64,000 nt of DNA from Paraspadella gotoi (GCA_051294375.1 CM119265.1:24282356-24346355); one strand, 5' to 3'. Shown: positions 13,525 to 27,639, counted from the first letter of the stretch. The notes: a model not told the origin generated them from the letters alone. Made by a program: numbers and translations.

Positions 13525-14234
13525 TTAGAATAAAAATAATTAAATTTAATTAAATATTTTTGACAAATGTTCCAGGGACCCTTTTTTTTCCCCCAAATTT
13601 TTTTTTTTTCCCCTTCTTTTTTTTAATTTTTTTTTCCCGGAATTTTTTTTCAATCAAAGAGGGACGAAGAAGGAGGAGGGGAGGAGAGGGAGGATGAGGA
13701 GTGGAGGAGGAGGAGGAGAAAAAAACTGAGAATCATCGGTGACGGAAAAACAAGAAATACGAACGGCGTTTTGTTGTTTTGTTGTTGTTGTTGTTGTTGT
13801 TTGTGCGGTTCGGGTCGTCAATAAAGCCGACATAGCGCCGCTTTTATGTACGCCGACGCCGGCGACGCCAGAAAGGGATGAGAAACTGACGCCGCTTCGA
13901 CGAGAGGCGTTTCCGGCGCCGCGATTATGTCGTATTGACGTCTTGGGAGTCGTTTGGCAGCGGCGATATCGGTGGTGGAAGCGGCGGCGGCGGCGGCGAC
14001 GGCGTTGGCAAAGAGGGCGTTGCAGTCGCTGGTCTTTGGCGCCGGCGGCGGAATATTCTGTTTCGGCGGCGTCATGTGTTTCTTTGTTTCTTTGTTTCTT
14101 TATTCCGTAATTTTTGAAAAATAAATATTTTTGAAGAGGACGATTAAACCTAAGGAGGCAGGAGAGACCAATGGGATGGTAAGGAGTTCCAGATGAAGAA
14201 ACAACAATTTAAGAAAATGGAGACAAATGATTGC

Positions 14235-14279
<45 letters not shown>

Positions 14280-14497
14280 TATATATAGATAGTAGATAGA
14301 TCGGTAGACAACAACAAGAAAGACACAACATACCGACAACCACAAACTCAACTTCCTACGTAGTTTTTTATTTAAAATACGCAAAGAAATTATAATTTAT
14401 TCGCAGATTTTATTAGTGACTTATATTTTTCCCATCATTGCGGTTGAGAGAGGGAAAGAAAGAAGAGAGGAGAGATGTGAGTGATTGAGAGAGAGAG

Positions 14498-14536
<39 letters not shown>

Positions 14537-15978
14537 TGCCGAAGCATAATTTATTGAAAATTTATATCTCAATAGGACCCGACAAGAATATCCTAACGGT
14601 ATACTTATTCTTGTGGCCTAATTATGCATTCAAAGATACATAAAAAGACGTCTGAATTGACATGAAAAACGACTAAATGACATAATAAACGATGTCTCAA
14701 ATAATATCAGAAACGACGTCTAAAATGAAATTAAAAAGGTTTAAAAATTATGTTATAAACAATGTCTTAATTGACATTAGAAACGTCTTAAGAACATCAT
14801 AAATGTCATTAGAAACGCTTAAAATGACATAAAAACGACTTTTAAAATGACAGAGGCGCCGATGAAAACCTCACCAAGAACTGATTTAAAGACTANNNNN
14901 NNNNNNNNNNNNNNNNNNNNCGGTCTCCCTCCCAAAGATTTTGTTATTAGAATAAAAATAATTAAATTTATTAAATATTTTTGACAAATGTTCCAGGGAC
15001 CCTTTTTTTTCCCCCAAATTTTTTTTTTTTCCCCTTCTTTTTTTTAATTTTTTTTTCCCGGAATTTTTTTTCAATCAAAGAGGGACGAAGAAGGAGGAGG
15101 GGAGGAGAGGGAGGATGAGGAGTGGAGGAGGAGGAGGAGAAAAAAACTGAGAATCATCGGTGACGGAAAAACAAGAAATACGAACGGCGTTTTGTTGTTT
15201 TGTTGTTTGTTGTTGTTCTTGTGCGGTTTTCGGGTCGTCAATAAAGCCGACATAGCGCCCGCTTTTATGTACGCAAAGGACGCCGGCGACGCCAAAAGGG
15301 ATGAGAAACTTGGACGCCGCTTCGACGAAGAGGTTTCCGGCGCCGCGATTATGTCGGTATTGACCGTCCCCTGGGGGAGGGTCGTTTGGCAGCGGCGATA
15401 CGGTTGGTGGAAAGCGGCGGCGGCTGGCGGCGACGGCGGTTGGCAAAAGAGGGCGTTGCAGTCGCTGGTCTTTGGCGCCGGCGGCGGAATATTCTGTTTC
15501 GGGCGGCGTCCATGTGTTTTTCTTTGTTTCTTAGATTATCTTTATTCCTTTAATTTTTGAAAAATAAATATTTTTGAAGAGGACGATTAAACCTAAGGAG
15601 GCAGGAGAGACCAATGGGATGGTAAGGAGTTCCAGATGAAGAACAACAATTAAAGAAATGGACGACAAATGATTGCAGGATTTAGATAGATAGATAGATA
15701 GAATAGATAGAATAGATAATAGATAGAAGATAGATAGATAGATAGATAGATAGATATATATATAGATAGTAGATAGATCGGTAGACAACAACAAGAAAGA
15801 CACAACATACCGACAACCACAAACTCAACTTCCTACGTAGTTTTTTATTTAAAATACGCAAAGAAATTATAATTTATTCGCAGATTTTATTAGTGACTTA
15901 TATTTTTCCCATCATTGCGGTTGAGAGAGGGAAAGAAAGAAGAGAGGAGAGATGTGAGTGATTGAGAGAGAGAGGAGG

Positions 15979-16016
<38 letters not shown>

Positions 16017-16405
16017 TAGAGAGAGAGAGAGGAGATATGTCCGAAGCATAATTTATTTGAAAATTTATTATCCTCAATAGGACCCGACAAGAATATCCCT
16101 AACGGTATACTTATTCTTTTGTGCCTAATTATGCATCAAAAGTACATAAAAAGACGTCTGAATTGACATGAAAAACGACTAAATGACATAATAAATGATG
16201 TTCTCAAATATATTCAGAAACGACGTCTAAAATGAAATTAAAAAGGTTTAAAATTATGTTTATAAACAATGTCTTTAATTGACATTAGAAACGTCTTAAG
16301 AACATCATAAATTGTCATAGAAACGCTTAAAATGACATAAAAACGACTGTTTAAAATGACAGAGCGCGATGAAAACCTCACCCAAGGAACTGATTTTAAA
16401 AGGAC
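13525..16405. repeat. Tandem duplication 13525-14895 / 14945-16405 across a 25-N gap (probable gap-overfill artefact)
   Basis: Near-identical sequence on both sides of the N run at 14896-14920, differing mainly by single-base indels. Confidence 0.85.
13654..14149 (-). CDS. Candidate terminal exon of an unknown gene (low-complexity, Arg/Ser/Thr-rich, 165 codons)
   Basis: Pyrimidine tract plus TAG acceptor (14151-14150), then an uninterrupted frame FNRPLQKYLFFKNYGIKKQRNKETHDAAETEYSAAG...SSFFVPL* in locally GC-rich sequence. Noisy copies at ~7420-7950 (+) and ~15075-15590 (-). No recognisable domain. Confidence 0.3.
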
Positions 16406-16779
16406 TATCGCTTCAGCGAAATAGACGAGATTAAAAAAGTTTTTTGAAAAATTTAAAAAAAATGGTTTTTTTAAAAAACGAATGTGGCGCCTACTTTTGA
16501 ACGGCAAGAGAGGAAGGGAGGAAGGGGAAGAAGAGAGAGAGAGAGAGAGAGAGAGAAGAGAGAGAGAGAAGAGAGAAAGAGAGAGAGAGAGGCAAGGAGC
16601 GGCAGAAGGATAAAAATGAATCGAGAAAATGAAAGAGAATATTTTTTCCACGGCCGTATCGCTGCCATTGCGTTGCTTCTTTTCTTTTCAGAAGATTAAA
16701 TAGAAAAATCCAAAGTTTTGTATTTTTCTTAGAGGAACGGCGCTTTTTGATTCTTAAGACGAGGAAAAGAGAGAGAAAG

Positions 16780-16990
16780 ATGGCGATAGTGATTGTGGAG
16801 GAAAGAAAAAAAATGAAAAGAAGGATAGGTAGAGGAAAAGAAAGAGAAAAATGGAGAGATTGATTGGTGGAGGAAAGGAAAGAAAAAATGGCGAGAGTGA
16901 TTGGTGGAGGAAAGGAGAGAGAAAATTGAAGAGACTGATTGGTGGAGGAAAGGAAAGAGAAAAATGGCGAAAGTGATTGGTGGAGGAACA
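16780..16990. repeat. ~40-bp minisatellite (GATTGGTGGAGGAAAGGAAAGA core), ~5 copies
   Basis: Direct reading; degenerate inverse copy at ~5900-6150. Confidence 0.8.
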
Positions 16991-17302
16991 TAAAGTGAAA
17001 ATGGAGAGAATGATTGTTGGTTAAGAAAATGTGAGTTAGAGAGCTACGAAGAAAAAATAGAGGAAAGGGCAGAGATGAACGAGAAAAACAGAAAGAGAAA
17101 GAAAAAAATAAAAATAGAGAGAGAAAGAGAAACTAAATCGATTCATGTTTTCCATCTGAAAAACTTTGTCTACTTCATTCCTCTTCCTCTTCTTCCCTCC
17201 TCTTCTTTCTCCGCAAACATCCTTTGCTTTTTCCAACCAAAACATTCGTTTGTTTTTTATTCGTTCGACTATAAACTCGACTGCCACCTGGAGGGAAATT
17301 GA

Positions 17303-17435
17303 AGACGACGACGACGACGACGACGCTGACGACGACGCTGACGACGACGTTGACGACGACGTTGACGACGACGACGACGACGACGCTGACGACGACGACG
17401 TTGACGACGACGTTGACGACGACGTTGACGACGAC
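17303..17435. repeat. (GAC)n microsatellite interrupted by GCT/GTT
   Basis: Direct reading; inverse noisy copy at ~5410-5555. Confidence 0.9.
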
Positions 17436-18625
17436 ATGGGCGCAGTCGAAGTAGATATGGTGAGGAAAATGACCACGACGAAAAATGTCAAAATTACATT
17501 TCGAACCTTAGGCACGAGTTGTTTAAGAATTATAGTATTGTGGCGTTAAAATTTAAAACAGTGTTCGTCCTTAGCCTCGTTTCGAAGGCGTCTTAACTGG
17601 GCGTTCAGGGTATAGTCCGTGGCTTTCCCGGTTCTGTCCTAAAAATAGAACTGATTTTTACCTTGGGTGGGCGGTAGAGCGTAAGTAAAAAAAATTATTT
17701 TAGTCAATTATGAAAACGTACCATCAGTAAACATTAATTTATTATGTATAATCCCCGTCCTTATTCTTTATTAAAACTGATAAATTTCACATCGTAATAC
17801 TTCTGAGATTGGTTGATCTTGACCGGGCGACCAAGGCGCCCGACCCTTCCAGAAACTTGACGTTGGAAGCGGGCACGTAGGTCGGCCCGAATTGAAGTTT
17901 GAATTTCTAATTTTATTTTGAAGACTATTTTTTGTTCCGATATGTTGAGCCATTTAAGCCCGAAACAGTCCCGCCCGAAGGACGATAGAGCCGCGGTCAA
18001 TAATAACGAAAGCAACGAACTGCAGCGCAAATATCTGACCGTTTTTTCCCCAGGAAAAAAAATTAGTTTAGTTTAATCACTCGGGACGTCGATATCTTTT
18101 TGGATTCGTCCATTTCTTGCCATTCGCGAGTCGTTTTCATAACAATTTTTTATAACTAAGGAAGAGGATCGGCGACGTGGGTAAAATTTACAGTTCCAAT
18201 GATTCTGCAAGCTGATAGGTCGATTCCGGTTCCATGCTTGACCAATCAGAATTCGGCGATCCGATTTGCTTTTGGTAGCTTGATACTCCTGCGATGTTAT
18301 TAATAATCTCTTCTTCATATTATAATTTGTTTTCTCTTTATTCTATCCTTCGCATTGGGTACGCGAACTAAATTTAATTCAATTTGTAGATTGATTTTCT
18401 AGTTTACTACAATTTGAAAGAGATACTTTCAGAGTTGGCAGGAAAAGAAAACTTGTTTAAATGAAAACAATCGTCTAAACCTGATCCTTTAAACCATCGT
18501 AACTAGTCAGTACATAAATATGAATTAAAGTGAATAATTTTTCAGCGTCACAGAGTTTCATAAATTGATTTCGTATTTTATTGCAGTATTTCATTTAATG
18601 TTATCGAACAACTTGTTCTGTCTCG

Positions 18626-18659
<34 letters not shown>

Positions 18660-18684
18660 NNNNNNNNNNNNNNNNNNNNNNNNN

Positions 18685-19130
18685 AGAGAAGAGGCAAGCT
18701 AAAACAACACGAAGAGAACAGAGAGAGAGAGGTGCGCACGGGAAGTATCGACCCAAGAAATACAGCGTAAAAAAAAGGAAAGAATGCACAAGAGAGAAAA
18801 AAATTGATAGACAAACATTGAGAATACACAACAAATGGTACTAACACAGACTCTATGCACACACACCACCCCCACACAAGTTTCCTATAGAGTAGGATTT
18901 TGAGTCTTAGCACACGTTCTCCTATGATCTTCATTTCGCCTTGTTCTTCCTTCGCACACCAATAAGGAGAATGAAAAGGAAAATAATCGCCTTTAAAATT
19001 CAATATCTACTCTCCCGCTAATACTTTTAACGACAATTTCGTACGCACAGAGTGAATCCAGAGTCTAAGAAAACTATACACTTGTTTCGCCACATCTAAA
19101 AAATGAAAGTTCTTTATTCGTTATCCGTCC
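18685..19130 (-). repeat. Inverted noisy copy of the region upstream of the DMT transporter gene (38880-39260)
   Basis: 19052-19125 (GTGAATCCAGAGTCTAAGAAA...CTTGTTTCGCCACATCTAAAAA) is the reverse complement of 38890-38960; 18968-19000 matches 38998-39030. Confidence 0.8.
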
Positions 19131-22100
19131 AGTGTCACTTCTGCATTTCTTTGCTTCCCGTGTGTTTTAGATTTTTTAAAAACAATTTTTTTGCAGTGTT
19201 ACGTTTGTTTTTTGATCTCTTGGCGCTGATGCCGTATCTTTTGTTTCTCCTCCCTCCTTTCGTATCCTCGTTGTTATAAGCTTCCGTCTTCTCATCGTAA
19301 GGGGTCTTGCTTTCCACTCTGTTTGCTTGTCGTTCGGACTGAAAGCTTTATTTCGACTCCGCTGTTTTCGGAGGGAGGCAGACGCGGGAGTTGCCTCTTC
19401 CTCATCTTTCCTTTTTTTATTTCTCCCCTTTTCTTTATTTTCGCGTCTTTCTTTTTTTTTTAGTTTTGAAATCTTATTAAAGTCGATTTTAATTTTGCAG
19501 CGCGTAGATCGTTTCGATTTTTCTCCGACGGCGACGCTGAATCGCTAATTGACGGACACCACCAGAGCGCTTTAAACAAGCGATGATATCACTTAATAAA
19601 AGTATTATTATCTATCCAGTATCTTTAAGTATCTCTCCTATAATTAATCCCCTATCCCAATCGATGAACGATGACTCTGTCCGCTGTGTTAACGACGAAA
19701 TCGCGCTAACGTCGCGGCACGCCCTTCAGTTGTTGTTGTCCGATCGTCGTTGTCGTTGTCGTACTGTCTCGTCGCACTGCGATACTTTATCCTTTACAGT
19801 CGTCCACTTCGAACTAAAAGCGAATAAACAGCGAATTCATATGTTAATTTATTCATTCGATCGAAAACACGCGATTAATATCGATGGACTAAATCCCATA
19901 CCCAGTTTTCCACACCGTTGGAGTAGGATATCATTTGCCGAATTGAGTAATTGTAATTGCGTTAGTTTCCCGATTTTTAAATATATGTAATTTTTTTTTT
20001 CTTTTAATACACAACTAGGTAATCTAGATTAACGACCGATAGATCGCTTCTTTTTTTTTTTTTTTTCTCTTTAGTTTAATATCTTTTTTATTTCGAGAAG
20101 AACCTTATAGCGATGTCAACTGAGCTGCGCCTTCCGAAAAGAGGCTGGAGGGAGGAAGGACGGAAGAACGGAAGGAGGGGAAGAAAAACTGAGAAAGTAG
20201 AGAACAAAATTGTTCTATACGAAACAATCAAATAAAAAAAATCTTCATCTCGATATTTTTTTTTATCTACTGCGCGCGCGAAACGTCGGCGGATGAGCCT
20301 CTCGTTTGGCCGCCGCAGCTTGCATCTTCCCTTCGCCGCGCTCGACCCGCACTCACTCATAATCTCCATCACCTCGGACAATCATACTCAGGGCAACGTT
20401 TTCGCTCAGGCCTTGCGCAGACAGTCCATAACACCCCTTCAACACCCAACTTAATTCCTTCAGCAATCCAACCCCTTCTCCCCATTTCTTAAATCAAAAG
20501 AAAGTCAAGCGCACCTCCTCGTACATCAATCATATATCATGTTTAGAATCAATTTCTTACGCTCCCTTCCACAAACCCCACTGTCTCGATCTGCACCGCT
20601 GACATTGTTTCGATGGCGGCGCCGCTGGTTGAGTTTTAGTGGACCCACAATATCATCTTTGAGCTATTGTTGAACACAATCTTACCATCTGATAGGCCGC
20701 ATTGATCACACACACTATTTGCCGCGCGCTACCCGCCCCCCCCCCCGCCTCACCCCTCCCCAAATATCAGGCCGGCGGTCGATCTCACGCGCCGCCCTTT
20801 CTCCTCCTCTTTCGCCTCCTCATTTTGAGAGTAGAATAAACAAGAGATCTTTGGCCTACCGACTGTACGAGTCGCGAAATAATGAGATTTTCTTTAGATC
20901 CGCAATAGATTATAAATGCGGAGAAGTTGTATGTACCATTGAGGCAATGATAGATGGACCTCCCGTGGATAGATGAGATGTTTTTTGGTTTACTGGAATT
21001 ATACTTATTGTTTCGATAGACAGACGCGACAGTCTGACATAACGAACACGACAGACCGCACGACGAACAAGAGAGCCGTGCAAGCAAGCCCAGACCTACA
21101 TAGATACTAAAGGAAAGAAGTGAACCTGCAATTCAAGTTAAGTAGATCAAATAGAGAAAAGTCGCTTTTAAAAATCCAATGATAGGAATTTGACTTCGTG
21201 GTTGAAAAAGAATAAAACTTTTTTTTGTCGATGGAACTTTTGTTGAGCGAAAAGAGAGAATCGTCCGATAAGAAACAAAAAAACCTCGTTGGTGGCTGAC
21301 TGAATATCGTGCACAACTCGCTTGAGAAAAAAAGAGACGAAATGGTTGGAATTTGAAAAGTTTTTTTTTTTATTATTTTATGGTTTTAAAGTTTGGCGCA
21401 TTAGAGATCATGAAAGGCTTTTTATTTTTTTAAATCTTTAACTCGAAGATTTTTTTCATCATTTGATCCTTTCGTGTTAAATGGTTATTACTTTCGTTCA
21501 AAATTTGGAAATATCCTTTAAGACTTCCAAACAAAACGGAAAACCGAATAATACTCACTAGCAACACTGGCATCTCAAACAGTTCGACTGTTTCAGCCGG
21601 GGGGCACGTGGCTTTTGAAAGAGTGATGATCGGACAATCCCACCTGTTACATAGGCAATCGGATCTTTCAGTTTTACGACTTCCAGTGTCAAATGATCTC
21701 TCTCTCCATCTGAGTCAGAATTTGCAATTGGTATTCACTTTGAGACTCTTCTCACTATTGGTCAGTCGTTGCTCTTTCACTTTTTTCCAATCAACGCTCA
21801 ATTCATTCATTGCATTTTTTTATTTTTTCAACTGTTGATTCGATCAACCAGATAAACCAGATCTCCGCCCTTCTCGTCCCACAACCGCAGCCGCGGCCAC
21901 AGCAGCAAGCCGCCGCTCTGCGACATGAATGATCGCCCAAAAGCGTGCGCACACGGGGTTTACGGCGTCGCCCCAGCGGGGCCCCGAAACGCTGCCAGCG
22001 GGCCGGCCCAACGCCCGCGCGCCAGAATTTTTTTTTTTTTCGCTTTTTCGAGACATTAAGTTGGACAAAAAATTTTGGGAAATATTTCCTATTCTTCGAC

Positions 22101-22489
22101 TGCTGCGACAGCTGAGAGCGTAAAAAAAAAAAAAGAATCGTAAAATGAGCTGAAATTCGTAAAAAGAACAAGTTGGTTGTGACCCTGATTTTGTTTGGGT
22201 TTATGTAACTAAAATACATAGAAATGTACCTTTAAAAATGATATATTTGAGATCAGACAGGCTCAGATGGCGTTAGGTGACTAATAAATCAGTCAATTAG
22301 TCGATTAGTCAATTACAAGGTTTATGATTTTGATTTTGTTATTTACTTTTTTTTATTGTAATTAAAAAGCGGATGAGGACAAAAAGTTGTTGAATGTTGA
22401 AAAGGTATTCAAAAATTTAATCAAATTGTATATCTTTTTACACGAAATGTTGGTTTTTTTTGTCAAAATACAAAAAGAATAAATACAAA

Positions 22490-24212
22490 AAAAAAATATA
22501 CACAAAATCAACTCAAAATGAGAAAAAAAATTTTTGAAACGAAGTCACTATCGAGATCGAAAATTTTTTTCTGGTTTCCTAAATTTTCGATTGAAAAGTT
22601 GGTCTAGTTTCTCTTTATCTTTGGCATGTGGTCGATCGACAACCGAGAGGCCGAAACTGTTTCCTTGACTTTCATAACCGCGATGACTGAATAAATGATT
22701 AACAAAGAAAATTTAAAAATTAGAATTGTTGCCGGACAGAGTAATTAATGTCACTAATAAAAAGAATTCAATTTAGTAGTCAGTTTTGCTGCGATCGGTG
22801 AAACACCCCGTTAATGATGTTTCTCTCATTTCCCTTAAATACAATTTAAATATTGAGATACAATGTAAAATACGTAATTTTTTTTCCTTTCAAAAAAGCT
22901 ATAAGTTCAATTTACATTTTTCTATATGAATTATCATACTATTTCTCTCCTTACTAGACGAGGAAAATTCGAAAAAACATGAAATTATTCAATAACCACA
23001 CTCGAGTAAAAAAAAATATAATATCCGTTTCCATTCTTCTTCTCTTACCTCCCCTTTTCCAGAACAACGTTCCAACAGATGTCGCTCCGCGACAGAGTCG
23101 TGATCGTCTCGATGAAAACAATTGCACCGCATGATGTTGTTCTCCTCGTGGACGGATCACGAAAAGCGCCTCTTCCTGCCGCAGTGAATCACCCGTGGCA
23201 GTTCCGCGCGGAGATCATGCAGCGAGGTGGACGGTCAGTTGTGGAACGGGGAGAGGGCGGGGGGGGTCGCTGAGAGTGTCTAAAGGAAAAGGTCAGAGTA
23301 AGTCCTATATACTGCATATGTGTATAGTGTATAGTGCATAATGGTGCGAGAAGAGATTAAACGTATCAAATAACTCTTAATATTTTGTGAACTTGGTGTA
23401 AACTAAGAATAATTGAAGTTACGACTTGAAATTCTACTTGCTTCAACATAGCGAGTGCCGACCTTTTCTTCATTCTTTGACGTTCCCTGTGTCTTACGTT
23501 CGCCGGTCCTTGTCATTTTAAACGAAAGAAAGCACTAACTTGAGATGTGAGAGTATGTGGTAATATGAATATTCTAAAAACATTTTTATTTTAGAAGAGT
23601 ATGGAGGAGAGAAGAATTAATTGTTCTCTATACTAATCTAGTATATCACTAATCACTATGAATTACCATTAAATGTACTTGATTAGTAGTTCATGAATAC
23701 TTAGAGAGCTAGCGAGAATTTCTATTGTAAATTGGACTACACTAATGAGTAACACCAGATTATAACTATAACAAAGAAAAAAAAGATAATAGAAAAAATT
23801 GACACGACAGGATGATTTAGAGAGTCTGTTCCTTATCTCACATCTTAATTCATAATATAAATCTTACATCATGAATCCTCTGTAAATCATAAAATCTGAA
23901 TCTAAATCTGAACATAAACGTCTAGATACTAAAATCAGAAATCTCCAATGATAAATACCGACATACCTCTAAAATCTAAATCACAAATCCAAATTCTTGA
24001 ATCTACCAATCTGAAAATCTAAATGACAGAAAATACTATACTGATAAATCTAAATCTCCGCCTCGAATCCAATTCTTGTCTTTTCACAGAGACACAGAGT
24101 CACTCACGCCACTTTTAATGCCCACCAAGAGACTTCCACACCGTGACTAGATGTCCCATACAAAATAAATCTATGACCCGCATCGTCCTACACTTATTCC
24201 ACTGTAACGGCC
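22490..24212 (+). repeat. Segment A, directly repeated at ~34520-38737 (that copy carries a 2.6-kb tandem array)
   Basis: Colinear matches, e.g. 22595-22760 with 34630-34810, 23290-23310 with 37968-37990, and 24160-24212 with 38690-38737. Confidence 0.9.
23063..23233 (+). CDS. Candidate internal exon with a Myb/SANT-like motif (WTDHEKRLFL)
   Basis: Pyrimidine tract + CCAG acceptor, GTCAGT donor at 23234 and GC-rich interior. One frame reads SWTDHEKRLFL, resembling Myb/SANT helix 1 (WTxEExxLF). Needs indel correction; second copy at ~35138-35326. Confidence 0.3.
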
Positions 24213-27200
24213 AAAGGACAGGACTCACAAGCCTGTTATTCTGATTGAATGACAAGTTTTTATTATCTGGATTAAGCGGTTAATATACTAATCTTCAAAA
24301 ATATGTGCCCTTTAATACACTCCCGCTCTCCATCTTAACCCTTATATGTTCTTTTATTATCACACTACGCACACTTTTTCTCATACACATCGAGTACACG
24401 GCCTCATCAATCATCTCAGTCTCATTACTAAAAAAAAACACTACCGTTCACCGCTCACCGACTGAACTTCTCGCGTCTTCACTTGGGGTCCTCGCCTCAC
24501 GCTCGACTGCAATTCAACGACTCAAGATCGACGCCATTTCAACGATAACGACCCGGACCGCGAGGCACCGCACCGGACCGGACGGCTCTCACACGGACCG
24601 ATTTCTGGATCATTTTATGAAAACGAGGCGCAGTGCCGCGCTTAGATCAGGCGAGTGCTGGTAGGCGAAGAGAGCGTTGGATGGGAGAGAGATGGTGATT
24701 GATGGAATCGTGAAATGGCAGTGGCGCGTGAATGGCGTATATCGCCTCGATATGATGGCTAAAAAGGATTAACGGCTGAGACACTGAGAGGTCATGCGGT
24801 GGTTTGTGAATGCGTGCTGTATACAAATGATGAGCGAGCTTTCTATAACTAACGCGATAGGTCTCGGCGTCTGCAATGTTTGGTCGCAATCGCGACTGGA
24901 GACGCACAGATGACATCTAGGCTATAACGTTCAGTAGGCGTGGGTTCGAATCCACACCACTGCGTCGCCACATTTGAGAGTATATGCTATGAACAGAGAT
25001 TGGCAAAGAACTATGAATATACCCAAAAGATGGATTTTATTCTCAGATAATATACCATGAAGAACGAGCGGTTGTGTGAGACCACCAAGAGAATAGACCA
25101 ATCGATCAAAAACGCTCAATATTTAATATCAGAGTTGCCACTCTTTGATCACCATATCACCGGTGGCCTTCTCGTTCTCCCGATGCAACGAAGGTCCTTC
25201 TTCTCATTGGTAGTTTTCCGGTATTGTGTCTTGATCTATCATCCATCTCGATTGGTCCTTCATTATATCTTCACCCCTGACCACCTGAGAATCGATCTAT
25301 TTCGCTGATTGTATTCCTGATCACATATCTTTATTGGCAATTTACGCGAGATAATATCCAATAAATCCGCATAGTTCACGCTCAAGTTAAACAGTTCGCG
25401 ACGTACTTTATTATGTGAATATTATTATTATTACTTGGCTCTCAACGGGGCGTTTTATGCAAATTTCGGTTAATTGAACTTTTACAAGTCATTATATTTT
25501 CCTCTTTCTCTCTTATCGGACGCGCTCTCGTGTGCCATCGAGTGATCTGTACTGTCACGTGTATATCCAATACTACCATATCTATTCCTTTATTAATTCT
25601 CTCTCACGTCTGCATATCCGTATAAGGCGTGTGCGAGACCTTTAAATTAGCTGTACTACCATTTCATAGTTGCATGTGGTTACTTTTTGCTATTCGGAGT
25701 CTAAAATTAGCACATATATGTGAACTGTATAACGAACTTTTTCAATTTCCTGTAGCTCAACTTTACCTTTCTCACGCTCTCTCCTACCAACCCCCTTTCT
25801 TCATACAACTCTCTTCTCTCATATTTCATCTCTTTTATATACTACTATAGTGTCAACTCTCTCTCTCTATTGCTATTTTCTCTCTGTCCGCAGTCTTCCA
25901 CCTCTATTTTCCACATTTACCAGCTCTCTACTCTTCTCTTTTCATTTCTCCTTCTCTCTCCTTACTCTCGCGTCTCTCTTGTATCGTCTCATTCATTCGT
26001 CTTTTACTATTTTTCTCCAACTCATTCTCTCTTTCTTGTCTTAACCCAACTCACCTGCAAGTTTTAAACACACTAATACCTGCAGGCTGATCTAAAACTT
26101 CTTTAAAACTCCAGCGTTAATAATCGAGTAGATATAATAACATAAATTTAGGGATTTCTCTGTAAAAGTGACTGTTGATTCACATTCTCAACGACGCACA
26201 AAGCAGCAGTGATTCACCCTCTACACCACTTTACCCATCAACTTCTGACCACTACCCACTCGTGACTTCCGTAGACGCACCTCTTTAAAGCTTTCAACTT
26301 CGTCTCGTGCGCAGCTTCGTGAGTTAATCCCTCTCTCTAGCTTTCACGCTGCCTGCGCCTGACCTTTTTCCTTGTCTCAGTGATCTGCTCTGCCTTGCAC
26401 AGATTAGCGCAGTCTCCTCTCTGCGCGTCGGCTACGCAGCTCTTAACGTACAGCCCGATCTGAGCCTAACTCTAAGCGCCGATCATTCGCAGCTAATTCA
26501 AAGCGCTTGCCGCGACCTTCGAGCTTAATCTAAGCGCGATTCTTGGAGTTCTAAACTATTATCTATATTTGCTAAAGTCTGAGGAATCCTCGTACGCTAT
26601 ATCTACAGCGCTCGATCATAAGTCGCCGCGATGCTCGCTGAGCGTACATACTATGCCCGGGCCCGGATTTATCTTCCTTTTTTCCCCCCCCGAGTCTTAA
26701 TTTATAGGCACCCGACTCTTCGGCTAATCTATAGCCAAATCTGTCTAGATTCTTGAGCTAATCTTAGGGCCGATTTCTTAAGCGCTCGATCTTATGAGCT
26801 AAATCTAAAAAGCCGAGACTCTTGGAACGCAATCTAGCGCCGATTATCTATGTGAGCTAAATCTAAGTGCCGCGATCCCTTCGACGCTAATCCAAGCTCG
26901 CCGATCTTATGTTGAGCTAATACTCTAAGCCTGTTCCATATTAATTAGCGCGCCGATCTTGAGAGCTTAAACTAAGTACCAATCTAGCACCGATCTTTGG
27001 AGCCTTAATCCTTAAGCGCACCGATCATAAGGCTGATATACAGCCCCGCCGAACGACGGGAACTATATCCCGTCACAACTTTGCGCGCGTGCCCGTTCAG
27101 AGCGCCGGGACACAGATCCGCACATACACACCTGCGAATATTTCTTTATTATCAGTCAGATATATCTCTCTTTGCATACACGTTTTTTGCACCTATCAAT

Positions 27201-27620
27201 ACTTTATGGGCTGACACCTATGCGCTCTGATGCTTAGACCGTGGGCGATCTCCTCAACCAGTCCATAACGTTCAAAAATAACTGGTCGCACAGGCGCAGC
27301 TCACGTTCGCCACGTCTACTTGCAGCACGATTTACGCGCCCTTAACCGCGTGCCCTCCATGCCCTCCGTTATGCCCGAGCGGCCCTTCAACTCACAGATT
27401 CCATGCACTTTCGCTCACAATCTCGAGGAGAAAAGACCGGTCAAAGCGAAAACATTGAATGAATGTACAAGGATAGGTAAGAGCTAGCAAGAGCGTGGCG
27501 GTCACAAAGACAAAAGTGTGAGAGACGTGGAACGGGGGAGATAAAGAAAGGAGAGATGAGAGAGAGAGAGAGAGAGAGAGAGGAGAGTAGAGAGAGAGAG
27601 AGAGAGAGAGTAAGAGAAGA
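24208..27620. repeat. Segment B, noisy inverted copy of ~32130-34500; its end (27300-27620) overlaps window positions 1-260
   Basis: 24650-25130 is the reverse complement of 33700-34145; 26035-26095 of 33000-33060; 26450-27030 matches the satellite at 32520-32730. Confidence 0.85.
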
Positions 27621-27639
27621 GAGGAGAGAGAGAGAGAGA

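Larger units (their letters stand above)
3200..18659. repeat. Large inverted duplication: ~3200-12480 (carrying insertions) versus ~12838-18659, centred on a 25-N gap
   Basis: Examples: 8830-8895 is the reverse complement of 12867-12940; 7300-8270 of 13340-14350; 4140-5700 of 17160-18525; 12436-12470 of 12838-12872. Confidence 0.9.

Noticed and set aside
13525-16405. Biological tandem duplication (also 30720-32460)
   Set aside because: Copies flank or adjoin N gaps and one copy carries read-type indels, typical of gap-fill overlap.
17166-17549. Poly-Asp acidic protein (also 44563-44904 and 45508-45756)
   Set aside because: (GAC)n tracts are open in several frames, with no supporting splice signals or conserved flanking domain in the Asp frame.
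3200-18659. Giant foldback or Polinton-like element with multi-kb TIRs
   Set aside because: Centre coincides with a 25-N gap, homology continues elsewhere (27640 onward), and there are no internal genes; better explained as two locus copies.
19500-22300. Gene or CpG-island promoter in GC-rich patches (20260-20400, 21850-22030)
   Set aside because: No coherent ORF, splice pattern or recognisable motif, and parts look like noisy read sequence.
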